Below, piece by piece: positions 13,101 to 27,581 of a DNA stretch of 64,000 bases (positions within the stretch are counted from its first letter, which is position 1; every line of letters begins with the position of its first letter). Location of the stretch: the NCBI GenBank assembly GCA_028826165.1, contig JAPDFW010000062.1:124001-188000 (forward strand). Reading direction: 5' to 3'. Made by a program: the position numbers and the translations under genes. The notes below the pieces were generated by a model, which was not told where the DNA came from, did not search any database, and saw only the letters and a program-made list of their open reading frames with translations. The stretch is from Anaeramoeba ignava BMAN (taxonomy: Eukaryota > Protista > Anaeramoebae).

Positions 13101-15184
13101 ATGAATACACAACAAAGTAATGCAACAGTTTATGTTGGTAATTTACCTTTTAGTATGACTGAAGAAGAAATTGAAACTGAATTTAGTAAAGTTGCTAAAG
13201 TGTAAAAAATTTAATTCAAAAAAAATTTTGTAAATAAAAATAAATTAAAATTATTTTAATCTTTTATTTTTTGTTATTATTATTATTATTCTATTTTAAG
13301 TGTAAATGTTAAAATTGCCCAAAAAAGAGGACGTCCAGCAGGATATGCATTTGTTGAAATGAAAAATATGGAAGAAGCAAAAAAAGTTGTTGATAAATTT
13401 AATAGAACAGAATTTTCAGGAAATATAATTAAAGTTGAATTAGTCAGACCTCAACAAACTCAACAAAATCAACAATATCAACAAAATCAACAAAATCAAC
13501 AAAATCAACAAAATCAACAAAATCAACAAAATCAAAAAAAGGTAAATTGATTTTATTTTTTTTTGGAATAAATTTAATAAATTGAATTAAATTTAATTTG
13601 AAATATAAAAATAGAAACAAAATAAAAATAAAACAATGAATGAAAAAAAAAGTAACCGAATAGTTTATATTAGCAATTTACCTTTAGATATGACTGAAGA
13701 AGAAATTAAAACTGAATTTTCTAAATTTGCTGAAGTGTAAAAAATCTAATTCAAAAAAAAATTTTATAAATGGAAATAAATTAAGATTATTTTAATCTTT
13801 TATTTATTATTATTCCACTTTTAGTGTAAATGTTATACTTGTTCAAAAAAATGGACTTTTATCATTATTTGCATTTGTTGAAATGAAAGATATAGAGGGA
13901 GCAAAAAAAGTTGTTTATGAAGTTAATGGAATTGAAGTTTCAGGAAGAACAATTAGAGTTGAATTAGCCAAAACTCGACATTATCAACAAAATCAACAAA
14001 ATCAACAAAAGGTAAATTGATTTTATTTTTTTTGGAATAAATTAAATAAATTGAATTAAATTTAATTTGAAATATAAAAATAGGAACAAAATAGAAACAA
14101 CATAATGAATACAGAACAAAGTAATCCAACAGTTTATGTTGGCAATTTACCTTTAGATATGACTGAAGAAGAAATTAAAACTGAATTTTCTAAATTTGCT
14201 AAAGTGTAAAGAATTTAATTCAAAAAAAATTTTGTAAATAAAAATAAATTAAGATTATTTTAATATTTTATTTTTTATTATTATTATTCTATTTTAAGTA
14301 TAAATGTTAAAATTGCCCAAAAAAGAGGACGTCCAGCAGGATATGCATTTGTTGAAATGAAAAATATGGAAGAAGCAAAAAAAGTTGTTGATGAATTTGA
14401 TGGAATAGAAGTTTCAGGAAGAACAATTAAAGTTAAATTAGCAAGACCTCAACAAAATCAACAAAATCAACAAAATCAACAATATCAACAATATCAACAA
14501 ATAGTAAGTTAATTTTGATTTTGATTTTTGATTTTAATTTTAAATTTTATTTTTAATTTTAATTTTAATTTTAATTTTAATTTTAAGTCACAAACTTCTC
14601 AATTCCCACAAACAAGAGAAAAGCAAGAATTAATCAGAAGAAGAAGACAATCAAGAACCCCAAAAGAATTCAGCAAAACAAGAATTCATGTTTCAAATAT
14701 TCCATTTAATATGAAAGATGAAGAATTTGAAAAAATATTCCAAAATTTTAAAACAAAAGAATGTAAAATTTCAAGAACAAAAAGTGGAAAAAGTAAAGGA
14801 TTTGGATTTGTTGAATTTGAATCAAATGAAGATCAACAAAAATCTCTTGAATTAAATGATAAAGAATTTGATGAAAGAAAAATTGGTGTTAAAGTTGCAT
14901 TTGAATTACCTCCAAAAGAACTTAGCAAAACAAGAATTCATGTTACAAATCTTTCACTTGATATGAAAGATGAAGAATTTGAAAAAATATTCCAAAATTT
15001 TAAAACAAAAGAATGTAAAATTTCAAGAACAAGAAATGGAAAAAGTAAAGGATTTGGATTTGTTGAATTTGAATCACATGAAGATCAACAAAAATCTCTT
15101 GAATTAAATGATAAAGAATTTAATGGAAGAAAAATTGGTGTTGTTGTTGCATTTGAATTACCTAAAAGCGATGATTCTGATTAA
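13101..15184 (+). CDS. Multi-RRM gene R2: 3 type-A + 2 type-B RRMs
   Basis: A modules at 13101, 13636 and 14105; intron 14504-14587; B exon ends at TAA 15184. Confidence 0.85.
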
Positions 15185-15725
15185 AATTCTGATTCCGATC
15201 CTGATTCCGATTCAGAAATATATTCAAAAAAAGATTCAAAATCAAAATCAAAATCAAATTCAAAATCAAAATCAAAATCAAATTCAAATTCAAATTCAAA
15301 TTCAAAATCAAAATCAAATTCAAAATCAAAATCAAATTCAAAAAAAGATTTAAAAAGAAATCTAAAAAAAGATTAAATAGAAATATTTCCAAATTAATAT
15401 CAAAAAAAAAGGAAAATAAATAATTAATAAATTCATTAAATAAAATAACTTGAAATTTGAAATTAAATTTGAAATTCATTTTTCATTTTTCATTTTTCAA
15501 TTTTTTTTAAAAGTAAAAAAAAAATTTTATTCTTTTATATTGATTTATTTACAAAATTTACAAAAAGAAAATAATAAAATGATAAAATAATTTTATATTT
15601 AAAAAATTAATTTCAATTATAAAAATAAAATTATCCACTTTTTCAAATTCATTTTTTTTATTTTTATTTTGGAATAAATTAAATTTAAAAAATATAAAAA
15701 TAGGAACAAAAATAGAAACAACATA

Positions 15726-17727
15726 ATGAATACAGAAAAAAGTAATGCAACAGTTTATGTTGGTAATTTACCTTTTAGTATGACTGAAGAAGAAATTGAA
15801 ACTGAATTTGGTAAAGTTGCTAAAGTGTAAAAAATTTAATTCAAAAAAATTTTGTAAATAAAAATAAATTAAAATTATTTTAATCTTTTATTTTTTGTTA
15901 TTATTATTCTATTTTAAGTGTAAATGTTAGAATTGCCCAAAAAAATGGACGTCCAGCAGGATATGCATTTGTTGAAATGAAAAATATGGAAGAAGCAAAA
16001 AAAGTTGTTGATAAACTTAATGGAGCAAAAGTTAATGGAAGAACAATTAAAGTTGAATTAACAAAACCTAAACAACAATATCCACAACAAAGATCTGTTT
16101 TCCAAGATTATAATAGAGGATTTCCTCCACGAATGGTAAATAATTTTTAATTTTGGATTTTAATTTTAATTTTAATTTTAATTTTAATTTTAATTTTAAT
16201 TTTAATTTTGATTTTAATTTTAATTTTAATTTTAATTTTGATTTTGATTTTAATTTTAATTTTTAATTTTGATTTTAATTTTAATTTTAATTTTAATTTT
16301 GATTTTAATTTTAATTTTGATTTTGATTTTAATTTTGATTTTAATTTTTATTTTTATTTTGAATTTGATTTTAATTTTAATTTTAATATTGATTTTGAAT
16401 TTAAATTTAATTTTTAATTTTGGATTTAATTTTGATTTTAATTTTAATTTTGAATTTAATTTTTAATATTGATTTTGATTTTAGCCATCTCCTCAAACAA
16501 GATTTCCACCGACAAGAAAACCCCAACAATTAATCAGAAGAAGAAGACAACCAATAATCCCAAAAGAAGAAAGCACAAACTCAAATTCATGTTTCAAATA
16601 TTCCATTTAATATGGAAGATAAAAAATTTGCAAAAATATTCAAAAAATTTAAAATAAAAGAATACAAAATTGCAAGAACAAGAGATGGAAGAAGTAAAGG
16701 ATTTGGATTTGTTGAATTTGAATCACATGAAGATCAAAAAAAAGCTCTTAAATTAAATGGTAAAGAAATTGATGGAAGAAAAATTGAAGTAAAAATTGCA
16801 CTTGTATCACCTCCAAAAGAAGAAAGCAAAACTCAAATTCATGTTACAAATCTTCCATTTAATATGGAAGATAAAGAATTTGCAAAAATATTCAAAAAAT
16901 TTAAAATAAAAGAATGTAGAATTGCAAGATTGAGAGATGGAAGAAGTAAAGGATTTGGATTTGTTGAATTTGAATCACATGAAGATCAACAAAAATCTCT
17001 TAAATTAAATGGTAAAGAAATTGATGGAAGAAAAATTGGAGTGAAAATTGCTTTTGAATCACATAAAAAAGAATTGAGTAAAACAAGAATTCATGTTTCA
17101 AATATTCCATTTGATATGGAAGATAAAAAATTTGCAAAAATATTCAAAAAATTTAAAACAAAAGAATGTAGAATTGCAAGAACAAGAGATGGAAGAAGTA
17201 AAGGATTTGGATTTGTTGAATTTGAATCAAATGAAGATCAACAAAAAGCTCTTGAATTAAATGATAAAGAATTTGGAGGAAGAAAAATTGAAGTGAAAAT
17301 TGCTTTTGAATCACATAAAAAAAATGAATCAGATTCTGATTCTGATTCAGAAATAGATTCAGAAACAGATTCAGAAATTAATCAAAAATCTGATTCAGAT
17401 TCAGAAACAGATTCAGAAATTAATCAAAAATCTGATTCAGAAATAGATTCAGAAACAGATTCAGAAATTAATCAAAAATCTGATTCAGATTCTGATTCAG
17501 AAATAGATTCAGAAACAGATTCAGAAATTAATCAAAAATCTGATTCAGATTCAGAAACAGATTCAGAAATTAATCAAAAATCTGATTCAGAAACAGATTC
17601 AGAAATAGATTCAAAACCAAAGAAACAACCACATCATCATCATCATCATTCACATCATCATTCACATCATCATTCACATCATCATCACCATCATTCACAA
17701 TCAAAGAAAAATTCAAAAAGAAAATAA
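15726..17727 (+). CDS. Multi-RRM gene R3: 1 type-A + 3 type-B RRMs, acidic DSE repeats, His-rich tail
   Basis: Intron ~16136-16484; a +1 indel near 16575 (agcacaaactc) is probably an error; ORF 16612-17727. Confidence 0.8.
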
Positions 17728-18226
17728 TTCAGAATTAAAAAGAAAATTTAAGAAAGAAAAACAAAAATGATTCAAAATCATATTTAAATTTAAAATTAAA
17801 ACAAATCCAAATCAAAATTAAATCAAATTAAAAAAACAAAAAACCAAATCAAGATTAAATAGAAATATTTCCAAATTAATATCAAAAAAAAAGGAATTAA
17901 ATAATTAATAAAATTAATAAATAAATTCATTAAATAAAATAATTTGAAATTTGAAATTAAATTTGATTAAATTTGATCAAAATTCATTTTTCATTTTTCA
18001 ATTTTTTTTAAAAGTAAAAAAAAAATTTTATTCTTTTATTTTGATTTATTTATAAAATTTACAAAAAGAAAATAATAAAATAATAAAATAATTTTATATT
18101 TAAAAAATTAATTTCAATTATAAAAATAAAATTATCCACTTTTTCAAATTCATTTTTTTTATTTTTATTTTTTGGAATAAATTAAATAAAAAAAATAAAA
18201 ATAGGAACAAAAATAGAAACAAAATA

Positions 18227-20462
18227 ATGAATACACAAAAAATTAATCCAACAGTTTATATTGGTAATTTACCTTTTGATATGACTGAAGAAGAAATTGA
18301 AACTGAATTTGGTAAAGTTGCTGAAGTGTAAAAAATTTAATTCAAAAAAATTTTGTAAATAAAAATAAATTAAAATTATTTTAATCTTTTATTTTTTGTT
18401 ATTATTATTATTCTATTTTAAGTGTAAATGTTAAAATTGCCCAAAAAAGAGGACGTCCAGCAGGATATGCATTTGTTGAAATGAAAAATATGGGAGGAGC
18501 AAAAAGAGTTGTTGATAAACTTGATGGAACTGAAGTTTCAGGAAGAACAATTAGAGTTGAATTAACAAGACCTAAACAACAATCAACAATATCCACAACA
18601 ATATCAACAATATCCACAACAAAGATTTGGTTCTAGAGGATATAATAGAGGATATTTCCCACCAACAGTAAATAATTTTGATTTTGGTTTTAATTTTAAT
18701 TTTGAATTTTGATTTTGATTTTAATTTTGATTTTGATTTTGATTTTGATTTTGAATTTTAATTTTGATTTTGATTTTGATTTTGATTTTGATTTTGATTT
18801 TGAATTTAATTTTGAATTTGATTTTGATTTTGATTTTGATATTGATTTTAATTTTGATTTTGAATTTGGATTTTGATTTTAATTTTGATTTTGATTTTGA
18901 ATTTGATTTTGATTTTGATTTTGATTTTGATTTTAATTTTGAATTTGAATTTTTGAATTTGATTTTGATTTTAATTTTGATTTTAATTTTGAATTTGATT
19001 TTAATTTTGAATTTGATTTTAATTTTGAATTTAATTTTGATTTTAATTTTGATTTTGATTTTAATTTTAATTTTAATATTTTGTAATTAGTCATTTGTTC
19101 CTTATCCAAGATATTCTCAATTTTCATCATTCTCACCGACAAGAAAACCTCAGCATTTTGGGATAAGAAGAAGACAACCAATAAACCCAAAAGAAGAAAG
19201 CACAACTCAAATTCATGTTTCAAATATTCCATTTAATATGAAAGATGAAGAATTTGAAAAAATATTCCAAAATTTTAAAACAAAAGAATGTAAAATTTCA
19301 AGAAAAAAAGATGGAAGAAGTAAAGGATTTGGATTTGTTGAATTTGAATCACATGAAGATCAAAAAAAAGCTCTTAAATTAAATGGTAAAGAATTTAATG
19401 GAAGAAAAATTGAAGTAAAAATTGCACTTGTATCACCTCCAAAAGAAGAAAGCACAACTCAAATTCATGTTTCAAATATTCCATTTAATATGAAAGATGA
19501 AGAATTTGCAAAAATATTCCAAAATTTTAAAACAAAAGAATGTAAAATTTCAAGAAAAAAAGATGGAAGAAGTAAAGGATTTGGATTTGTTGAATTTGAA
19601 TCAAATGAAGATCAACAAAAAGCTCTTGAATTAAATGGTAAAGAATTTAATGGAAGAAAAATTGGAGTTCGTGTTGCATATTTATCAAAACAAAGAAAAT
19701 TCAGTAAAACAAGAATTTATGTTTCAAATCTTCCATTTGATATGAAAGATAAAGGATTTGAAGAAATATTCCAAAATTTCAAAACAAAAGAATGTAAAAT
19801 TGTAAGATATGGAACTGGAAAAAGTAAAGGATTTGGATTTGTTGAATTTGAATCACATGAAGATCAACAAAAATCTCTTGAATTAAATGGTAAAGAATTT
19901 GGAGGAAGAAAAATTGGAGTTCGTGTTGCATATTTACCAAATCAAAGAGAATTCAGTAAAACTCAAATTTATGTTTCAAATCTTCCATTTAATATGAAAG
20001 ATGAAGAATTTGAAAAAATATTCCAAAATTTTAAAACAAAAGAATGTAAAATTGTAAGAAAAGAAATGGAAGAAGTAAAGGATTTGGATTTGTTGAATTT
20101 GAATCAAATGAATATCAACAAAAATCTCTTGAATTAAATGGTAAAGAATTTGGAGGAAGAAAAATTGGAGTTCGTGTTGCATATGTACCAAATCAAAGAG
20201 AACTCAGTAAAACAAGAATTCATGTTTCAAATATTCCATTTGATATGAAAGATGAAGGATTTGAAAAATATTCGAAAGGTTTAAAACAAAAGAATATAAA
20301 ATTGTAAGATTGAGAAATGGAAGAAGTAAAGGATATGGATTTGTTGAATTTGAATCAAATGAAGATCAACAAAAATCTCTTGAATTAAATGATAAAGAAT
20401 TTAATGGAAGACAAATTAGAGTGAAAATTGCTTGTGAATCACATAAAAAAGTTTCAAATTAA
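18227..20462 (+). CDS. Multi-RRM gene R4: 1 type-A + 5 type-B RRMs (three apparent frameshifts; error or pseudogene)
   Basis: Intron ~18668-19090; ORF 19238-20137 plus continuation; indels near 18580, 20060 and 20265. Confidence 0.7.
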
Positions 20463-20848
20463 AAAAACAAAAAACCAAATCAAGATTAAATAGAAATATT
20501 TCCAAATTAATATCAAAAAAAAAAGGAAAATAAATAATTAATAAAATTAATAAATAAAATTCATTAAATAAAATAATTTGAAATTTGAAATTAAATTTGA
20601 TTTAAATTTGATCAAAATTCATTTTTCATTTTTCAATTTTTTTTAAAAGTAAAATAAAAATTTTATTCTTTTATTTTGATTTATTTACAAAATTTACAAA
20701 AAGAAAATAATAAAATGATAAAATAATTTTATATTTAAAAAATTAATTTCAATTATAAAAATAAAATTATCCACTTTTTCAAATTATTTTTTTTGGAATA
20801 AATTAAATATAAAAAATATAAATAGGAACAAAAATAGAAACAAAAATA

Positions 20849-23200
20849 ATGAATACAGAAAAAGTAATCCAAAAGTTTATATTGGTAATTTACCTTTAGA
20901 TATGACTGAAGAAGAAATCGAAACTGAATTTAGTAAAATTGTTGAAGTGTAAAAAATTTAATTCAAAAAAAATTTTGTAAATAAAAATAAATTAAGATTA
21001 TTTTAATCTTTTATTTTTTGTTATTATTATTATTCTATTTTAAGTGTAAATGTTAGAATTGCCCAAAAATGGACGTCCAGCAGGATTTGCATTTGTTGAA
21101 ATGAAAAATATAGGAGGAGCAAAAAAAGTTGTTGATGAACTTAATGGAATTGAAGTTTCAGGAAGAACAATTAGAGTTGAATTAACCCAATTTGAAGAAA
21201 AAGATTCAAAACAATATCTACAACAATATCCACAACAAAGATTTGCTTTTAGAGATTATAATAGAGGATATTTCCCACCAATGGTAAATAATTTTGATTT
21301 TGATTTTAATTTTGATTTTGAATTTGATTTTGAATTTGATTTTAAATTTTAATTTTGAATTTGATTTTGATTTTGATTTTGATTTCAATTATAAACATAA
21401 AATTATCCACTTTTCCAAATTATTTTTTTTGGAATAAATTAAATTTATAAAAAATATAAAAATAGGAACAAGATAAAAATATAATAACAATGAATACAGA
21501 AAAAAGTAATCCAATAGTTTATATTGGTAATTTACCTTTAGATGTGACTGAAGAAGAAATTGAAACTGAATTTGGTAAATTTGCTGAAGTGTAAAGAATT
21601 TAATTCAAAAAAAATTTTGTAAATAAAAATAAATTAAGATTATTTTAATCTTTTATTTTTTATTATTATTATTATTCTATTTTAAGTGTAAATGTTAGAA
21701 TTGCCCAAAAAAGAGGACGTCCAGCAGGATTTGCATTTGTTGAAATGAAAAATATAGAAGGAGCAAAAAAAGTTGTTGATAAACTTGATGGAACTGAAGT
21801 TTCAGGAAGAACAATTAGAGTTGAATTAGCCCAATTTGAAGAAAAAGATTCAAAACAATATCCACAACAATATCCACAACAAAGATTCGCTTTTAGAGAT
21901 TATAATAGAGGATATTTCCCACCAATGGTAAATAATTTTGATTTTGATTTTAATTTTGATTTTGAATTTGATTTTGAATTTGATTTTGAATTTGATTTTA
22001 AATTTTAATTTTGAATTTGATTTTGATTTTGATTTTGATTTTAAATTTTAAATATTTTGTAATTAGTCATTTGTTCCATATCCAAGATATTCAAGATATT
22101 CTCAATTTTCATCATTCTCACCAACAAGAAAACCCCAACAATTACGTAGAAGAAGAAGACAATCAAGAACCCCAAAAGAAGAAAGCAAAACTCAAATTCA
22201 TGTTTCAAATCTTCCATTTAATATGGAAGATGAAGAATTTGAAAAAATATTCCAAAATTTTAAAACAAAAGAATGTAAAATTGCAAGATTGAGAAATGGA
22301 AAAAGTAAAGGATTTGGATTTGTTGAATTTGAATCAAATGAAGATCAACAAAAAGCTCTTGAATTAAACGAAAAAGAATTTGGAGGAAGAAAAATTGGAG
22401 TTCGTGTTGCATATGTACCAAATCAAAGAGAACTCAGTAAAACAAGAATTCATGTTTCAAATCTTCCATTTAATATGAAAGATGAAGAATTTGAAAAAAT
22501 ATTCCAAAATTTTAAAACAAAAGAATGTAAAATTGCAAGAACAAAAATTGGAAAAAGTAAAGGATTTGGATTTGTTGAATTTGAATCACATGAAGATCAA
22601 CAAAAATCTCTTGAATTAAATAAAAAAGAAATTGATGGAAGAAAAATTGAAGTGAAAATTGCATATGTATCAGCTCCAAAAGAAGAAAGCACAACTCAAA
22701 TTTATGTTTCAAATATTCCATTTGAAATGGAAGATGAAGAATTTGAAAAAATATTCCAAAATTTTAAAACAAAAGAATGTAAAATTGCAAGATTTGGAAG
22801 TGGAAGAAGTAAAGAATTTGGATTTGTTGAATTTGAATCACATGAAGATCAACAAAAAGCTCTTGAATTAAATCATAAAGAATTTGGAGGAAGAAAAATT
22901 GGTGTGAAAATTGCAGATGTACAAAACTTAAAAGAATTCAGCAAAACAAGAATTCATGTTTCAAATATTCCATTTGAAATGGAAGATGAAGAATTTGAAA
23001 AAATATTCCAAAATTTTAAAACAAAAGAATGTAAAATTTCAAGATTTGGAAGTGGAAGAAGTAAAGAATTTGGATTTGTTGAATTTGAATCACATGAAGA
23101 TCAACAAAAAGCTCTTGAATTAAATCATAAAGAGTTTAATGGAAGAAAAATTGGAGTGAAAATTGCATTTGAATTACCTAAAAAAAATGATTCGGATTAG
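20849..23200 (+). CDS. Multi-RRM gene R5: 2 type-A + 4 type-B RRMs
   Basis: A modules at 20849 (A-run indels) and 21490; B ORF 22223-23200. Confidence 0.8.
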
Positions 23201-24400
23201 AAATCAAACAACAAAATCAAAATTAAAATCAAAATCAAAATCAAAATCAAAATCAAAATTAAAATCAAAATCAAAATCAAAATCAAAATCAAAATCAAAA
23301 TCAAAATCAAAATCAAAATTAAAATTAAAATCAAAATTAAAATCAAAATCAAAATTAAAATCAAAATCAAAATCAAAATCAAAATCAAAATCAAAATCAA
23401 AATCAAAATCAAAATCAAAATCAAAATCAAAATCAAAATTAAAAATCAAAATCAAAATCAAAATCAAAATCAAAATCAAAATCAAAATCAAAAAATCGAG
23501 TCTAAAATCAAAATTAAAAAATCAAAAATCAAAATCAAAATTAAAATTAAAAATTAAAATCAAAATCTAAAATCAAAATCAAAATCAAAATCAATATCAA
23601 AATCAAAATCAAAATCAAAATCAAAATAAAAATTAAAATCAAAATCAAAATCAAAATCAAAATCAAAATCAAATTCAAATTCAAAATCAAAATCAATATC
23701 AAAATCAAAATTAAAATCAAAATTCAAAATTAAAATTAAAATTAAAATCAAAATCAAAATTAAAATCAAAATCAAAATTAAAATTAAAATCAAAATCAAA
23801 TTTAAAATTAAAATCAAAATCAAAATCAAATTCAAATTCAAAATCAAAATTAAAATCAAAAATCAAAATCAAAATCAAAATCAAAATCAAAATCAAAATC
23901 AAAATCAAAATTAAAATCAAAATCAAAATCAAAATCAAATTCAAATTCAAAATCAGATCCAAAAATAGATTCAAAAAAAGATTCAAAATCAAATCCAAAA
24001 AAATATTCAAAAAGAAATCTAAAAAAAGATTAAATAGAAATATTCCCAAATTAATATCAAAAAAAAAGGAAAATAAATAATTAATTAAATTAATAAATAA
24101 ATTCATTAAATAAAATAATTTGAAATTTGGAATTAAATTTGATTAAATTTGATCAAAATTCATTTTTCATTTTTCATTTTTTTTAAAAGTAAAAAAAAAA
24201 TTTTATTCTTTTATTTTGATTTATTTATAAAATTTACAAAAAGAAAATAATAAAATAATAAAATAATTTTATATTTACAAAATTAATTTTAATTATAAAA
24301 ATAAAATTATCCACTTTTTCAAATTCATTTTTTTTATTTTTATTTTTTGGAATAAATTAAATAAAAAAAAATAAAAAAAGGAACAAAAATAGAAATAAAA

Positions 24401-26679
24401 ATGAATACAGAACAAACTAATCCAACAGTTTATATTGGTAATTTAGATTTTGATATGACTGAAGAAGAAATTAAAGACGAATTTTCTAAATTTGGTGATG
24501 TGTAAAAAATTTAATTCAAAAAAAATTTTGTAAATAAAAATAAATAAAAATTATTTTTAATATTGTTTCTATTATTCTATTTTTAGTGTAAATGTGAAAT
24601 TTTTCAAAAAAATGGACTTTCGTCATTATCTGCACATGTTGAAATGAAAGATATGGAAGGAGCAAAAAAAGTTGTTGATAAACTTAATGGAATTGAAGTT
24701 TCAGGAAGAATAATTAAAGTTGAATTAGCCCAATTTGAAGAAAAAGATTCAGAACAATCTCAACAACAATCTAACCAAACAAATGTAAATTAATTTTAAT
24801 TTTGATTTTGATTTTAATTTTGATTTTGATTTTAATTTTAATTTTAATTTTAATTTTAATTTTAATTTTAATTTTAATTTTAATTTTAATTTTAATTTCG
24901 ATTTTAAACACAAAATTATCCACTTTTCCAAATTATTTTTTTTGGAATAAATTAAATATTTAAAAATATAAAAATAGGAACAAGATAAAAATATAATAAC
25001 AATGAATACACAAAAAAGTAATCCAACAGTTTATGTTGGTAATTTACCTTTTAATGTGACTGAAGAAGAAATTGAAACTGAATTTAGTAAAGTTGCTGAT
25101 GTGTAAAAAATTTAATTCAAAAAAAATTTTGTAAATAAAAATAAATTAAGATTATTTTAATCTTTTATTTTTTATTATTATTATTATATTTTAAGTGTAA
25201 ATGTTAGAATTGCCCAAAAAAGAGGACGTCCAGCAGGATATGCATTTGTTGAAATGAAAAATATAGGAGGAGCAAAAAAAGTTGTTGATAAACTTGATGG
25301 AACTGAAGTTTCAGGAAGAACAATTAGAGTTGAATTAACAAGACCTAAACAATCATTCCAACAATATCCACAATTTCCATCATTCTCACCAATGGTAAAT
25401 AATTTTGATTTTAATTTTAATTTTGAAATTGAAATTGAAATTGATTTTGATTTTGATTTTAATTTTAATTTTGATTTTAATTTTAATTTTGATTTTGATT
25501 TTAATTTTGAAATTGATTTTAATTTTAATTTTAATTTTGATTTTGATTTTGATTTTGATTTTAATTTTAATTTTGATTTTAATTTTAATTTTGATTTTGA
25601 TATTGATTTTAATTTTAATTTTGAAATGAATTTTGATTTTGATTTTGATTTTGAAATTAATTTTAATTTTGATTTTAATTTTGATTTTGATTTTGATTTT
25701 AAATTTTAAATATTTTGATTTTGATTTTGATTTTGAAATTAATTTTAATTTTGATTTTAATTTTGATTTTGATTTTGATTTTAAATTTTAAATATTTTGT
25801 AATTAGTCATTTGTTCCTTATCCAAGATATTCTCAATTTTCATCATTCTCACCAAAAAGAAAACCCCAACAATTACGTAGAAGAAGAAGACAATCAAGAA
25901 CCCCAAAAGAAGAAAGCACAACTCAAATTCATGTTTCAAATCTTCCATTTAATATGAAAGATGAAGAATTTGAAAAAATATTCCAAAATTTTAAAACAAA
26001 AGAATGTAAAATTGCAAGATTGAGAAATGGAAGAAGTAAAGGATTTGGATTTGTTGAATTTGAATCACATGAAGATCAACAAAAATCTCTTGAATTAAAC
26101 GAAAAAGAATTTAATGGAAGAAAAATTGGAGTTCGTGTTGCATATGTATCAGCTCCAAGAGAATTCAGCACAACTCAAATTCATGTTTCAAATCTTCCAT
26201 TTGAAATGAAAGATGAAGAATTTGCAAAAATATTCCAAAATTTTAAAACAAAAGAATGTAAAATTGCAAGATTGAGAAATGAAAGAAGTAAAGGATTTGG
26301 ATTTGTTGAATTTGAATCACCTGAAGATCAACAAAAAGCTCTTAAATTAAATGGTAAAGAATTTAATGGAAGAAAAATTGGAGTTCGTGTTTCACTTGTA
26401 TCAGATCCAAGAGAATTCAGTAAAACAAGAATTCGTGTTTCAAATCTTCCATTTGAAATGAAAGATGAAGAATTTGAAAAAATATTCCAAAATTTTAAAA
26501 CAAAAGAATGTAAAATTTCAAGATTTGGAACTGGAAAAAGTAAAGGATTTGGATTTGTTGAATTTGAATCAAATGAAGATCAACAAAAATCTCTTGAATT
26601 AAATGAAAAAGAATTTGGAGGAAGAAAAATTGGAGTTGCTGTTGCATTTGAATTACCTAAAAAAAATGATTCGGATTAG
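24401..26679 (+). CDS. Multi-RRM gene R6: 2 type-A (first divergent, RNP1 SLSAHVEM) + 3 type-B RRMs
   Basis: A modules at 24401 and 25002; B ORF 25954-26679. Confidence 0.8.
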
Positions 26680-27581
26680 AAATCAAACAACAAAATCAAA
26701 ATCAAAATCAAAATCAAAATAAAAATCGAAATCAAACAAAAAAATCAATATCAAATTCAAAATTAAAATCAAAATTAAAATCAAAATCAAAATTAAAATC
26801 AAAATCAAAATCAAAATCAAAATCAAAATCAAAATCAAAATCAAAATCAAAATCAAAATCAAAATTAAAATCAAAATCAAAATCAAAATCAAAATCAAAA
26901 TCAAAATCAAAATCAAAATCAAAATCAAAATCAAAATCGAAATCAAACAAAAAAATCAAAATCAAAATTAAAATCAATATCAAAATCAAAATCAAAATCA
27001 AAAAATCAAAATCAAAATCAAAATCAAAATCAAAATCAAAATCAATATCAAAATCAAACAAAAAAATCAAAATCAAAATCAAAATCAAAATCAAAATCAA
27101 AATCAAAATCAAAATAAAAATCGAAATCAAACAAAAAAATCAAAATCAAAATCAAAATCAAAATCAAACAAAAAAATCAAAATTAAAATCAAAATAATAA
27201 AAATCAAAACAATTTTAAAAAATATTCAAAAAGAAATCTAAAAAAAGATTAAATAGAAATATTCCCAAATTAATATCAAAAAAAAAAGGAAAATAAATAA
27301 TTAATTAAATTAATAAATAAATTCATTAAATAAAATAATTTGGAATTTGAAATTAAATTTGATTAAATTTGATCAAAATTCATTTTTCATTTTTCATTTT
27401 TTTTAAAAGTAAAAAAAAAATTTTATTCTTTTATTCTGATTTATTTACAAAATTTACAAAAAGAAAATAATAAAATAATAAAATAATTTTATATTTAAAA
27501 AATTAATTTCAATTATAAAAATAAAATTATCCACTTTTTCAAATTCATTTTTTTATTTTTATTTTAAAAAAAACAATACAA

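Noticed and set aside
8549-14503. Each A module as an independent single-RRM gene
   Set aside because: Phase-0 GT-AG introns join the modules in frame at every junction checked; retained only as a possible isoform route
16570-24610. Programmed frameshifting in RRM genes
   Set aside because: Indels fall mostly in A/T homopolymers and differ between paralogs, which fits sequencing error or decay
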